In this document: in pieces, positions 13,721-27,088 of the stretch
How the letters are laid out: every line of letters starts with the position of its first letter
How positions within the stretch are numbered: the first letter of the stretch is position 1
From: Eledone cirrhosa
Lineage: Eukaryota
Assembly (NCBI GenBank): GCA_964016885.1
Contig: OZ024751.1
Span: forward strand, 4,216,001-4,280,000
DNA length: 64,000 nt
Direction of reading: 5' to 3'
Notes under the pieces: model-generated
Databases searched by the model: none
Told to the model about the DNA's origin: nothing
Seen by the model: the letters and a program-made list of their open reading frames with translations, nothing else
Made by a program: the position numbers and the translations under genes

Positions 13721-13962
13721 TATATATATATATATACATGTATGAGTGTGTGTGTGTGTACATATCCCTTAACTGGATCTTCTGAAGGTAGTTTCAGAAG
13801 ATCCAGTTAAGGGTGAAAGCAGTGATTCTTTGCTTAAACTTTAATCTATTTTAATAAATATATGTATATATACGTATATATATATGTGTGTATATGTATA
13901 TGTTTTTATATATGTATATATTTATATATATGTACATATATATATGAAAAAAAGTATAATAA

Positions 13963-14228
13963 TATAAGAATAGAGGAACAAAACTTCAGTGTTGCATCAT
14001 AACATATTTGATAACATGTTACATATGTTTGACTATCGATCAGCTCAAAGAACAACCTATTATTGACCGAACCGGACCCCGTAATCGAAAGATCATCAAA
14101 TATGGTTTTGTATGATCTTTCGAGTCTCTCTCGGTTAATAGTAGGTCGTTTTTCTGCAGCTGATTGATAGGCAAACATATGTTATATGTTATTATGCAAC
14201 ACTGAATCCTCGTTCCTCTATTCTTATA
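13963..14228. mobile_element. Fold-back MITE-like palindrome (~266 bp)
   Basis: Arms tataagaatagaggaac..tcagtgttgcat..acatatgtttg..tcgaaagatcat pair with atgatctttcga..caaacatatgt..atgcaacactga..gttcctctattcttata. Confidence 0.65.
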
Positions 14229-14233
14229 GTATA

Positions 14234-14275
<42 letters not shown>

Positions 14276-14503
14276 TGTCTGTATATATATATATGTGTGT
14301 GTATATATATATATATATATGAATATATATATATATATATGAATATATGTATATATATATATATGTATATATATATATACATGTGTGTGTGTGTGTGTGT
14401 GTGTGCATATATGTATATATATACATATATGTGTGTGTGTATATATGTATATATATACATGTGTGTGTATATATGTATATATATACATCTGTGTGTGTGT
14501 GTG

Positions 14504-14534
<31 letters not shown>

Positions 14535-14972
14535 ATATGTATATATATACATGTGTGTGTGTGTGTGTATATATGTATATATATACATATTTTGTGTGTG
14601 TGTGTGTATATATGTATATATATACATTTATGTGTGTGTGTGTGTATATATGTATATATATACATTTATGTGTGTGTGTGTGTATACATGTATATATATA
14701 CATATGTGTGTGTGTATATATGTATATATATACATATATGTGTGTGTGTATATATGTATATATATATACATATATGTGTGTGTGTATATATGTATATATA
14801 TATACATATATGTGTGTGTGTGTATATATGTATATATATACATATATGTGTGTGTGTATATATGTATATATATGTATGTATTTATATATATGTATGTATG
14901 TATATATATGTGTATATATATATTATAAAATAACAGGTGGCTGGACTGGTGTAATTCCTTAAAAGGTTTATT

Positions 14973-15030
14973 ATACTATGTTCATTTCAATGACTGGGTT
15001 CAGTATGAATCCGGTGACATCATCAGGTAT
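14973..15030 (-). ncRNA. Type I hammerhead motif, partly decayed, in a Penelope-like terminal fragment (14925-15141)
   Basis: Minus strand: atac-CTGATGA-tgtcaccggattcatactgaacccagtcatt-GAAA-tgaaca-TA-gtat, followed by aataaa. Confidence 0.6.
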
Positions 15031-15139
15031 TCGAAATATAACAAAGGAATATAATAGACACAATCCATGGTGTTGAAAATCAGAGACATGAGGGCGACAG
15101 AACATTTAGCAGCTTCTACCCCTGTCGGCCGCCCCCAAG

Positions 15140-15173
<34 letters not shown>

Positions 15174-15177
15174 CTTG

Positions 15178-15210
<33 letters not shown>

Positions 15211-15563
15211 GTATATATATGTATGTATATATATATATATGTAAGAATATGTATGTATATATGTATATGTATGCATATATGTATGAATATGTATGTATAT
15301 ATATATATGTATATGTATGTATGTGTATGTATATGTATGTATATATATATGTGTATGTATATATATATATATATCTATATGTATTTATACATATGTATGT
15401 GTATATATGTATATGTATGTATACATATGTATGTGTATATATATACGTATATGTATGTATACATATGTATGTATATATATATATATATGTATGTATACAT
15501 ACATATGTTTGTATATATATATATGTATGTATATATATATATGTATGTATATATATATGTACG

Positions 15564-15594
<31 letters not shown>

Positions 15595-15809
15595 GTACGT
15601 ATATATATATATGTATGTATGTACATATATATATGTATGTACATATCTATATGTATGTATATATCTATATGTATATATGTATGAATATGTATGTGTATAT
15701 ATGTATGAATATGTATGTGTATATATATATATATATGTGTGTATATGTATATATATATATATATATGTGTGTATATGTATATATATATATATGTGTGTGT
15801 ATATGTATG

Positions 15810-15841
<32 letters not shown>

Positions 15842-15921
15842 TATATAACAAATAAGTTGTGGTAAGATACTAGGTGGACCATAACGCCCCAGAGTACACG
15901 ATACTTAGGGTAATAGAAATA

Positions 15922-16019
15922 GGAAAAGAGTCCAGACCCCGACAGCTGAGCCCCGGCCGTTCAGACATCTAGCTGTTGAAACTGCCGGAGCTCAGCTGTC
16001 GGGGTACTGACTCTTTTCC
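15922..16019. repeat. GC-rich inverted repeat containing the 3' half of a hammerhead motif
   Basis: ggaaaagagtc..accccgacagctgagc...gctcagctgtcggggt..gactcttttcc. The right arm reads GAAAc...gctGTCggggta. Confidence 0.6.
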
Positions 16020-16020
16020 C

Positions 16021-16056
<36 letters not shown>

Positions 16057-16135
16057 ATGTATATATATATTGAGAGAGAGAGTGCATTAAATATCATTAT
16101 ATTATTGCTCATCTCTACAGGGACTGCAGTTGCTG

Positions 16136-16360
16136 TTAATATTGTACATAGCCACATCACTGACCAGGGCTATTAATATTGTACATAGCCACATCACTGA
16201 CCAGGGCTATTAATATTGTACATAGCCACATCACTGACCAGGGCTATTAATATTGTACATAGCCACATCACTGCAGTTGCTGTTAATATTGTACATAGCC
16301 ACATCACTGACCAGGGCTATTAATATTGTACATAGCCACATCACTGACCAGGGCTATTAT
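16136..16360. repeat. 37-bp minisatellite, ~6 units
   Basis: taatattgtacatagccacatcactgaccagggctat repeated in tandem. Confidence 0.92.
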
Positions 16361-17160
16361 TACAAAATTCTGTCACAAATTTCAACACCTGAAACCTTTC
16401 TTTTTATTTTGTTTATTTGGTTTTATTTTTTAGTGTTAAATTTGAAGTCTAAGGGGTGACAAATTAATTTCACGATTGTCTTTCTTTTTAACTATGCTAA
16501 AAAGGCTTACATAGCTAAAATGTTATTTTTGTGTGTGTGTGTGTGTTTTTTTCTATTTTGGGGGGCTGGGAGGTGTCTGCTGTTACACAGTTTGGTATAT
16601 ATTTGAAACAACCAGTTCCTTGTAACTTTGGCAGGTCTTACTGGAAAAACAAAAAAAAAGTGCCAACACCATTTCCTCTCCTCATTACATCTGAAAGATT
16701 TTTGGTCTTAAATGTTTTATTTTTCAAATATATAAATTTTCCTTTGTATTATTTAAAAAAAAAATTTCTTCTCTACAAAGTAAATATAATTCTTAATTCT
16801 CTATTTCTCTCATCCCACTCTTCAAATTCTTAATTTTTCACATTAAAATCAACTCAGATATTCTTTCACTTATTCTCTTCTAACAAAATATGACAGGTTC
16901 TTTTGATTTGTTTTCTTTTTTTTAACTCTTAACATCTTGTGATGGTTTAGCAGAAAATATTTAAAAACAGGTTTCGTAATTGAAATGTTTATAATATATT
17001 TACTAGTGGATGGACCGTTGTGAAAATTTGTAGTAAACTAAAATGAAGACTTTAATTTGTGATGCAGAATGTCTTGCTAATGTGGTACAAGACATTAAGA
17101 GTTAATCTTTGCGATGAAGTCAATATAATTCTTTATTTCTCACACACCCCTCTCAAAATG

Positions 17161-17162
<2 letters not shown>

Positions 17163-17238
<76 letters not shown>
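17163..17238. repeat. (CT)n microsatellite
   Basis: Direct reading. Confidence 0.97.
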
Positions 17239-17243
<5 letters not shown>

Positions 17244-17959
17244 GCCCTCTCTTCCTCTGTCTTTCTTACCAATTCTCCTCCTATAGTTCCTCCACTCAAC
17301 CACACCACCTGTCATTTCTCCACATCTTAGATATGGTTCACATAGACATCTCTCTAACTACCAATTATGGAGCAGAAGTCATCAGTCTTTCTTATTCTAC
17401 TTTTCAATATTTTACAAGCCAGAAGGCATCAATCATTCTTCTACTTTTCAATATTTTACAAGTACAAACCTAAAAAAAAAAAAAGGCCCCCAAAACTTGT
17501 GTTATTTTAAAAGGGATTTATTATTACTATTAATATTATTATTATTATATTTTTGAATGGAGGGGTCTATTTACAACTTTTTACTCCTCCTCTTCTCTCT
17601 TTTTACCACTAACCTATGAATTTAATTTGCCATTAGTGCATTTACTACTCACAGGAAACTGATTCTATGTTTAGTTGTTGTTATTAAAGGACCTCCATGG
17701 AGAAGGGGTCTCTTGTGTGGTGGCGGTCATTTGTTGACTCCCATGGCACTGGGGGTTACTTCCTCATCAGTGTCATTGCTACGGTTGTGCTAAAGCTAAA
17801 ACTAAAAAAAAAAAAAAAAAATTAAAGAAACTGAACCAACTTACATCAGGTTGAATAATTATAACAATAATAATTTTTAAAGTTGTTGTTTCTTGGAAAA
17901 CAAAAGAACACTCGATATTTTCCAAATTTTATGTGGTTATGTTATAATATAAACACACA

Positions 17960-18007
<48 letters not shown>

Positions 18008-18235
18008 GTGCCTTATTTTTTTTAACCTCTTTTCCCCACTTTTTCACACTTCCAAAGCTCCCATCATTTCGGGAATACAAAACCAAAAAAAAACAAATAT
18101 TGTAAGGTTTAATCCCCCATCATACAGCACCCTTAACTTGTTTTAATTTTTTCAGAACACTGTTTGAATAAAGTACCCCTAAAGTACTCTTTAAAGTACC
18201 TCTAAAGTACTCTTTAAATACCCCTAATGTACTCT

Positions 18236-18352
18236 TTAATCTTTAGCCTGCTGAATTTTTTTTATGGATTGCTTCCCTTGACTCTGCATTATATATTAAG
18301 GGGAGATCACACTATTGTCGCCATAAGGCACCCAGAGCGCCCAGAAGGTTAA
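18236..18352. mobile_element. Small TTAA-bounded dispersed repeat (MITE-like), second copy at ~20407-20518
   Basis: Shared gctgaatt..tatg..tt.cttcccttgac.ctg.attat.tattaagggga..cagcgcc. Ends in ggttaa. Confidence 0.45.
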
Positions 18353-19113
18353 ATACGCCTAAAGTACTTTACTGATCTTTAACTCTTTCTATCTTCTTTC
18401 TCTCTATTTCTCTCATATTTTGGCAGTTTGGATAAGTCATCTCTTTCTCGCTCATATATATATATATATATATATATTTACAAATATTTCTTTAGTCTTT
18501 CACTCAGGGTCAGCACCTGGATATTAACACCCTAGGCTATCCCCTTTCAATATTCATTGCTTCTCACAAATGAACAGTGTCAACCTACATTTTGGGGGTA
18601 AACTGACAGACAGTCCTTGATAGTTTTTGCTCTTACCATGCTAAGAAAATTACTAAGCTTCCATTTTCTGCTGCACAGTCAACACTCATCCAAGCCAAAT
18701 CATGTAACAGGTCATAACACAATACAACTCTTCAATGCTGCAATGTAGCAAAAATATTTACTGTTTTATTTATTGATCACAGCAAATCTTTATATATTTA
18801 ATTTAATCATACAAATTTGTATAAAACTGTGATCCTTTAAGTTTCAATAATGCACCTCTCTGTGGTCTGCACCCTAGGTGGCTGGCCTTGAGGGTAACAT
18901 TGCGCCTGCTTTCACTACTTTTGTCTTTGCACAAGCTTACTTCCATAACTTTGCTGTTTGTTTCACACCTAGATTTTGAACACACAATCTTTTAGTTTGT
19001 ATAACTGCTCTACTATCAACTCTTTATACAATATCTTTCTTTGCAAATTCTATTTTATATTTATTTGCATTTCATTTTCTTATTTGAAATTTTTCACTTT
19101 CAAGTTTTGCCAC

Positions 19114-19638
19114 TTAACCCTTTTGTTACCAACCTGGCCAAAACCGGCTCTCTTTCTATGAAATAAAACCACCATTTTAACCTTTTAGTTACCAACCTGG
19201 CCAAAACCAGCCCTGGTCCTATGAAATAAATTCACCCATTTTAAAGGTTTCTGATTTAAATTAAAATATTCCAACATAATTTTATAAAAGAACTTTACAT
19301 TAAATTACTATCTTATCAATGAAATAATTGATAATTTTAGTAAATGTCTCAAAATTCTTCATTAATCGATTAAAATAGTGTTATTGGGGATTTTTTAAAC
19401 CCTCTGAATGGAAAAAGGATGAATATTGATGTGTCAGTACTCATCCTTTTTCCATTCGGAGGTTTTTTTAAAATACCCAATAACAGACTAATTTTATTTA
19501 GTCCAATAAGGCGTAAGCACATTCTTTTACCTTATTTTCACACCTTTGCTTGCTGTTTCAGAAACAAAGCCTGCTTTGTCTGACTCTATATATAAAATAT
19601 AGTATATTTCATTAGAAATGTGGCCATGAAAGGGTTAA
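19114..19638. mobile_element. TTAA-bounded (piggyBac-like) non-autonomous element with an internal ~105-bp palindrome (19379-19484)
   Basis: ttaacccttt...aaagggttaa termini and a duplicated left end. The internal arms tgttattggg..gaatggaaaaaggatga and tcatcctttttccattc..cccaataaca pair. Confidence 0.45.
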
Positions 19639-19944
19639 GTCTTATATAAACCAGTGAAAAACAAAAATAAAAACACTTTTGAGAATTCTGCAACTGGAAA
19701 ACAATTCAGTTGACAAGAAAACAAAAATCTGATAAAAATTATATTTTTCATCTCCTAAGTTTTTGCCTTGTTCAGCTCTTTTTCTCCTATATTTGTGTAT
19801 CTGGATCTTTTGTTTTTTGGTTTATTTCTTTTGTGTTAGTAAGAATGAGAAAAACATTACCAATTACTGTATATTTTAGCACAAATATATATATATATTT
19901 TTATTTTTATTTTTTAAAATCAAACATGGCAAGTGCGATGTTGA

Positions 19945-19979
<35 letters not shown>

Positions 19980-20844
19980 TGTGTGTGTGTGTATAAATGT
20001 GGTGTATATTTTACAATTTTAATATATACACAAGATGAAGATTTTTTTTTTTCAACAGCCATTCCCAGTCTGTAAGACTGATGCTTATATAATGCTTAAC
20101 TTATTGACAACAGGGACTTTATTAAGGCTATTATTATCATTATTATTGTGGACAGTGGGGTGGGTTTGGATTAATTTTGTTGCCTTGTTTAATATAGATA
20201 ATTTATTTGGTAGTTATCTTCTTTTTTACAAATGGGTGCAGTGGTGGATGAGTGAGGTGGAGGTGTCTAAGATTGCTAACTCTCATGGCAACTCCTGTAG
20301 CTGGTTGTTTATCTCAGAAGTACTGGCCTTGCCATTACTCTTCTGACTGAGGGAGACCTGGGCAAGAGAAGACCCCTTGATAATTGTGAGGACAAGCCAA
20401 TTTGGTTTAACCTTTAGGAGGCTGAATTCTTTTATGAATTACTTCCCTTGACACTGTATTATGTATTAAGGGGATTACTCTATCGGCGACTTGTGTCACA
20501 GACAGCGCCAAAAGAGTCCTGACTAAGATTATCAGCATCTTTTATGTTGGTATTGTCAGAAATGACAACTGCATGCCATTCCATTCTATTCTGTTTTGTT
20601 CCGTTATCCTATAAAAATACCTTACTGACCCCTAAAATAAATAAATCCAGTCATTTGAGTTCTTTCTCTCTAGTTTGTTTATTCCTGTACAGTGTTGTGA
20701 ACTTGGATTCATTTGAAAATCTTAAGAAAACCATAGATACTATCTTTCAGTCTTTCGGTTCAATTTTGATATTTATTACTGTTATAAGCTGCAAATAAGC
20801 AGAGTGGATCAACTATTTTGTAACAATTGTTCTAGGTCTCTGTT

Positions 20845-21135
20845 GTGCTCTGGGTTCAACTCCCACTGAGGTTGACTTTGCCTTCCATCCTTTTGAGGTG
20901 AATAAATAAAGTATCAGTCTAGTGGCAGAAGGATTGGCAGAATCAGTAGAGTGTCGGACAAAGTGTTTTGCAGCATTTAGTTACAGTCCTTTACACCCTG
21001 AGTTCATATCCTGCTATGGTCAACTTTACCTTTCATTCTTCCGAGGTCGATAAAATAAAGTTCCAGTTAATTACTGGGGTTGATTTAACTTTGCCCTTCC
21101 CCTAACTTCGCTGGTCTTGTGCCTATATTAGAAAT
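20845..21135 (+). mobile_element. Old SINE remnants with a Nin/Deu-like domain (two tandem decayed units)
   Basis: gggttcaactccc..gaggttgactttgccttccatccttttgaggtg.ataaataaagtatcagt and caactttacctttcattcttccgaggtcgataaaataaagttccagt. Confidence 0.55.
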
Positions 21136-21799
21136 CAGTATTTTTCTGGATCTTTACAACTCTCAGTTCAAATACTGCAGAGATCAACTTTCGATAGAGT
21201 AGCAGTAAAGAGTGAGGTATTGGCAAAACTGTTAGGGCATCAGACGAGATATTTCGTGGTATCTATTATGGTTCCTTATATTCTGAGTTTAAATTCCTCA
21301 CTCCATTTAAATGTGAAAGGTAAATGTCACCATACTCACTTAAAAAGCAGCACACAAATGGTATGGTAGTGCTGTGAGAGAACCTGACCTCTGGAGAGAG
21401 TATCTTACTAAGAAGCAGCAGCTAAATGTTGAACTTACATAACTCTTCGTTTTAAAGAATCCACCCTCTCTCTCTCTTTCTGTGATTTTGCTATAGAATT
21501 TCAGCTCACTGGAAGATATAATGACTGTTTTTATTGCAATGAACAGGCTGTTGTTGTTGTTTAGCTGTGAGTTGCAGTATAATCGTGTCAGTGAACCAGG
21601 TTGCAGTGAGTGTAATGAAAATGTTGACACTACAAAATAAATGAAAAGTGAATATATGTCCCCCCGCCACCACTACCTTTTTTTTTTTTAAGGGCTAAAA
21701 TGAGTCTTCCGTGATGTTTAACTTACAGTTTTTCAACTTAAGTCACTTGATAGAATACCAGTCAATTGCAAGTCTAAAACCCCCTCCCAGCTGCTGCTT

Positions 21800-21947
21800 G
21801 TACTTATTTTTTTTCAACTGAGTGGACTGGAGCAATGTGAAATGAAGTGCCTTGCTTAAGACCACAATCTGCTGCCTAGTCAGGGAATCAAACCTATAAC
21901 CTTACAATTGTATTCCCAACACCCTAACCATTCGGCCACATGTCTTC
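21800..21947 (-). mobile_element. Degenerate tRNA-head/CORE-like SINE
   Basis: ctgagtggactggagcaatgtgaaatgaagtgccttgct...ctaaccattcggccaca matches the 5' half of the SINE at 7076-7420. Confidence 0.6.
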
Positions 21948-22114
21948 ATAGTTGTAATTATTATTCTAAAGAATGAAAGAGTTCTAGTCCTGTAGAATCT
22001 CATCTATATTAAAACTATAAATATATATATATATATATAGGTATGTATATATATATATGTATATATGTATGTATATATGTATATGTAATTATGTAATAAA
22101 CAACATAAGATAAT

Positions 22115-22181
22115 TATTTCATTTACCAATGGTTTCTTGAAGTCAGGTACTTATGTCTGTCTTCATTCATCAGAAAAAATA
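22115..22181 (-). ncRNA. Type I hammerhead motif in a Penelope-like terminal fragment
   Basis: Minus strand: tatttttt-CTGATGA-atgaag..cttcaa-GAAA-ccattgg-TA-aatgaaata. Stem I is imperfect. Confidence 0.6.
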
Positions 22182-22588
22182 TTTATTATGGAATAGTGAT
22201 ATGGATTTGAAAACATAGTTTAGGATGAAGGTGAGGCAGAAATAAAATAATGGGCATAAATTGAGGGGAAAAATATATAAATATGAACATACTAAAACTC
22301 ACTCATATACGTAATAGTACGTAAACTTATACGTTCAAACATAAGTATATGTGCGTCTACATGAAAATACAAATACACACATATACGTATGATCTTTAGC
22401 TCTCATATGCGCACACACAGGGATTCTCTTTTCCTTTACCTTTCCTATGGAAATACTTCATTTATATATATATGTATATATATATATCTATATATGTATA
22501 TATATGTATATATATATATATATGTATATATGTATATATATATATATGTATATATGTATATATATATATATGTATATATGTATATATG

Positions 22589-22621
<33 letters not shown>

Positions 22622-22768
22622 GTATGTATATATATATGTATATATATATATATATGTATATATATGTATATATATGTATATATATATATATATGTATATA
22701 TATGTATATATATGTATATATATATATATATGTATATATATGTATATATATATATATGTATATATATA

Positions 22769-23365
22769 TGGACACGTGATGCGCATGAAAGTCGATAGCT
22801 GTATAACAAAGTGCAGGGCAATAAAGATAGACGGTAGTCACGGAATAGGCAGACCTAGAAAAACCTGGGACGAGCTGATAAACTCCGACATCACACACTT
22901 ACACCTCTCCAAGACAATGTCACTGGACCGAGACCTTTGGCGGTACTCAGTAACAGAGAAGACCCGCCTTACCTAAATATATAGTAAAACCTACTCCAGC
23001 CAGTAGGCATCTCTAACAAAATACACCCCGTCCCACCACCCCCACCCCCACCCCATCCACACCACCCCGTTCTATGTAAAGTTATGTTGGTGCCACACCA
23101 TCCAGGCTGAAACAAATGAGATCGTGTAGGTGTCACGACAAAAAAACACACAGTCCACGCTGTAATGTGGCCGTGTAGGCAACACGGTAAAAACCTCCCA
23201 GACCCACACTGTAAATGTGGTTGGTGTTAGGAAGGGCATCCAACTGTAGAAAACCTGCCAGACAGTCCTATGCGAGCAAGACAATCACTCTTGCCTCAAG
23301 TGGGACTACCCCCGTCCAAACCCATGCAAGCGTGGAACACGGACGTTAAACGTTGATGATGATGA
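22769..23365 (+). mobile_element. RTE LINE 3' fragment (same family as 8785-12133)
   Basis: [37 protein letters not shown].., 3' UTR and (GAT)n tail. Confidence 0.93.
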
Positions 23366-23597
23366 TATGTATATATATATATATGTATATATGTATGTAT
23401 ATATATATATATGTATATATGTATGTATATATATATATAAATGTATATATAGATATAGATAGGTAAATATACACGGGTGTATATAAATGTATATATGTAT
23501 ATATATATATATATGTGTATGTATATGTATATATATATATATATGTATGTATATATATATATATATGTATGTATATATATATGTATATATATATATA

Positions 23598-24008
23598 CTG
23601 GGAGAGATGACCCCTTAGCCTTTGTCAAGGCAGAATTCTAGGAGAAGGAAAACTCTGATATAACACCTGCAACCCTGATGGTATCCAATGATGTTGAATT
23701 GTTCTTCTTTTTGGTAAATATCATCTTGGTTAAGAGAGTGGGACTGGCTTTGTGCAGTGCCTTTGCTCACTATAAAAGCTTCACAGCACAGGCATTGCTT
23801 TATATCTGGAGATCTCTCTGCACTTGTCGTCACATGGTACCAAGGGCCCAGCACTATGTGTCAATAAATGTCACAAGTGTAGTGTTTGTACCAGAGTTTT
23901 CAAGTGGCTGGCTGAACTAAAAAGTAACACTCGTTCAGCGCATTGGTAGGGGTTCTCCTACATGGATATAAAGTAGTGGCCGTACTCGAAAACGAGTTGG
24001 CAGCCACC
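23598..24008 (+). mobile_element. ~410-bp non-autonomous RTE-related retroposon, 5'-truncated (copy 1 of 3)
   Basis: agcctttgtcaaggcag..ctaggagaaggaaaactctga resembles the RTE 5' region. Common 3' end gagttggcagccacc(at)n. Other copies at 34373 and 37358. Confidence 0.6.
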
Positions 24009-24101
<93 letters not shown>

Positions 24102-24115
24102 TGTATGTATATATG

Positions 24116-24152
<37 letters not shown>

Positions 24153-24185
24153 GTATATATGTATATATATATACATATATATATG

Positions 24186-24234
<49 letters not shown>

Positions 24235-24272
24235 GTATATGTATATATATATACGTATATATGTATGTATAT

Positions 24273-24318
<46 letters not shown>

Positions 24319-24319
24319 G

Positions 24320-24350
<31 letters not shown>

Positions 24351-24352
24351 GT

Positions 24353-24440
<88 letters not shown>

Positions 24441-24445
24441 GTATG

Positions 24446-24476
<31 letters not shown>

Positions 24477-24477
24477 G

Positions 24478-24508
<31 letters not shown>

Positions 24509-24561
24509 GTATATATATATATGTATATATATGTATATATATATATGTATATATATATATG

Positions 24562-24592
<31 letters not shown>

Positions 24593-24635
24593 GTATATAT
24601 ATATATGTATATATATATATGTATATATATATATG

Positions 24636-24682
<47 letters not shown>

Positions 24683-24707
24683 GTATATATATATGTGTAT
24701 GTATATA

Positions 24708-24758
<51 letters not shown>

Positions 24759-25119
24759 GTATATATATATGTATATATATATATGTATATATATATGTAT
24801 ATATATATATGTATATATATATGTATATATATATATGTATATATATATATATGTATATATATATGTATATATATATGTATATATATATGTATATATATAT
24901 ATGTATATATATATGTATATATATATGTATATATATATATGTATATATATATATGTATATATATATGTATATATATATATGTATATATATATGTGTATAT
25001 ATATATGTATATATATATGTATATATATATGTATATATATATATGTATATATATATGTATATATATATATGTATATATATATGTATATATATATGTATAT
25101 ATATATGTATATATATATG

Positions 25120-25164
<45 letters not shown>

Positions 25165-25267
25165 GTATATATATATATGTATATATATATGTATATATAT
25201 ATATATATGTAGATATATATATATGTAGATATATATATATGTATATATATATATGTGTATATATATG

Positions 25268-25298
<31 letters not shown>

Positions 25299-25383
25299 GT
25301 ATATATATATATATGTATATATATATATGTGTATATATATATATATATGTATATATATATGTATATATATATATATATATGTG

Positions 25384-25417
<34 letters not shown>

Positions 25418-25439
25418 TGTGTATATATATATATATGTG

Positions 25440-25488
<49 letters not shown>

Positions 25489-25505
25489 GTATATATATAT
25501 ATGTG

Positions 25506-25554
<49 letters not shown>

Positions 25555-25851
25555 GTGTATATATATATATATATGTATATATATGTATATATATATATAT
25601 GTATGTGTATGTATATATGTATATATATATATATATGTATATATATATGTGTATGTATATATGTATATATATATGTATATGTATATATATATGTGTATGT
25701 ATATATGTATATATATATGTATATATATGTATGTGTATGTATATATGTATATATATATGTATATATATGTATATGTATATATATATGTATATATATATGT
25801 ATATATATATGTATATGTATATATATATGTATATATATATGTATATATATG

Positions 25852-25883
<32 letters not shown>

Positions 25884-26457
25884 TGTATATATATGTATAT
25901 GTATATATATATGTATATATATGTATATGTATATATATATGTATATATATGTATATGTATATATATATGTATATATATGTATATGTATATATATATGTAT
26001 ATATATGTATATGTATATATATATGTATATATATGTATATATATATGTATATATATGTATATGTATATATATGTATATGTATATATATATGTATATATAT
26101 GTATATGTATATATATGTATATATATGTATATATATATGTATATATATGTATGTATATATATATGTATATATATGTATATGTATATATATATGTATATAT
26201 ATGTATGTATATATATATGTATATATATGTATATGTATATATATATGTATATATATGTATATGTATATATATATGTATATATATGTATGTATATATATAT
26301 GTATATATATGTATGTATATATATATGTATATATATGTATATATATATATGTATATATATATAAATATGTATATGTATATATATATGTATATATATGTAT
26401 ATATATGTATATATATATATATGTATATGTATGTATATATATATATGTATATATATG

Positions 26458-26488
<31 letters not shown>

Positions 26489-27088
26489 GTATATATATAT
26501 ATATGTATATGTATGTATATATATATATATGTATATGTATGTATATATATATATATGTATATGTATGTATGTATGTATATATATATATATATGTATGTAT
26601 GTATATGTATATATATATATATGTATATGTATGTATATATATGTATATGTATGTATATATATGTATATGTATGTATATATATATATATATGTATATATAT
26701 GTATATGTATGTATATATATATATATATGTATATGTATGTATATGTATGTATATATATATATATATGTATGTATGTATATATATATATATATGTATATGT
26801 ATGTATATATATGTATATGTATGTATATATATATATATATGTATATGTATGTATATATATATATATATGTATATGTATGTATATATATGTATATGTATGT
26901 ATATATATATATATATGTATATGTATGTATATATATATATATGTATATATGTATATGTATGTATATATATATATATGTATATATGTATATGTATGTATAT
27001 ATATATATATATGTATATGTATGTATATATATATATATGTATATATGTATATGTATGTATATATGTATATATGTATATGTATGTATAT
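24009..27088. repeat. ~3.1-kb (TA)n/(TATG)n tract
   Basis: Direct reading. Confidence 0.97.

Noticed and set aside
17764-17770. Minus-strand CTGATGA as a hammerhead core
   Set aside because: No stem II-GAAA follows.
18803-21630. Short ORFs in the AT-rich segment as host genes
   Set aside because: They are short, low-complexity, show no recognisable motifs, and have only weak splice signals.
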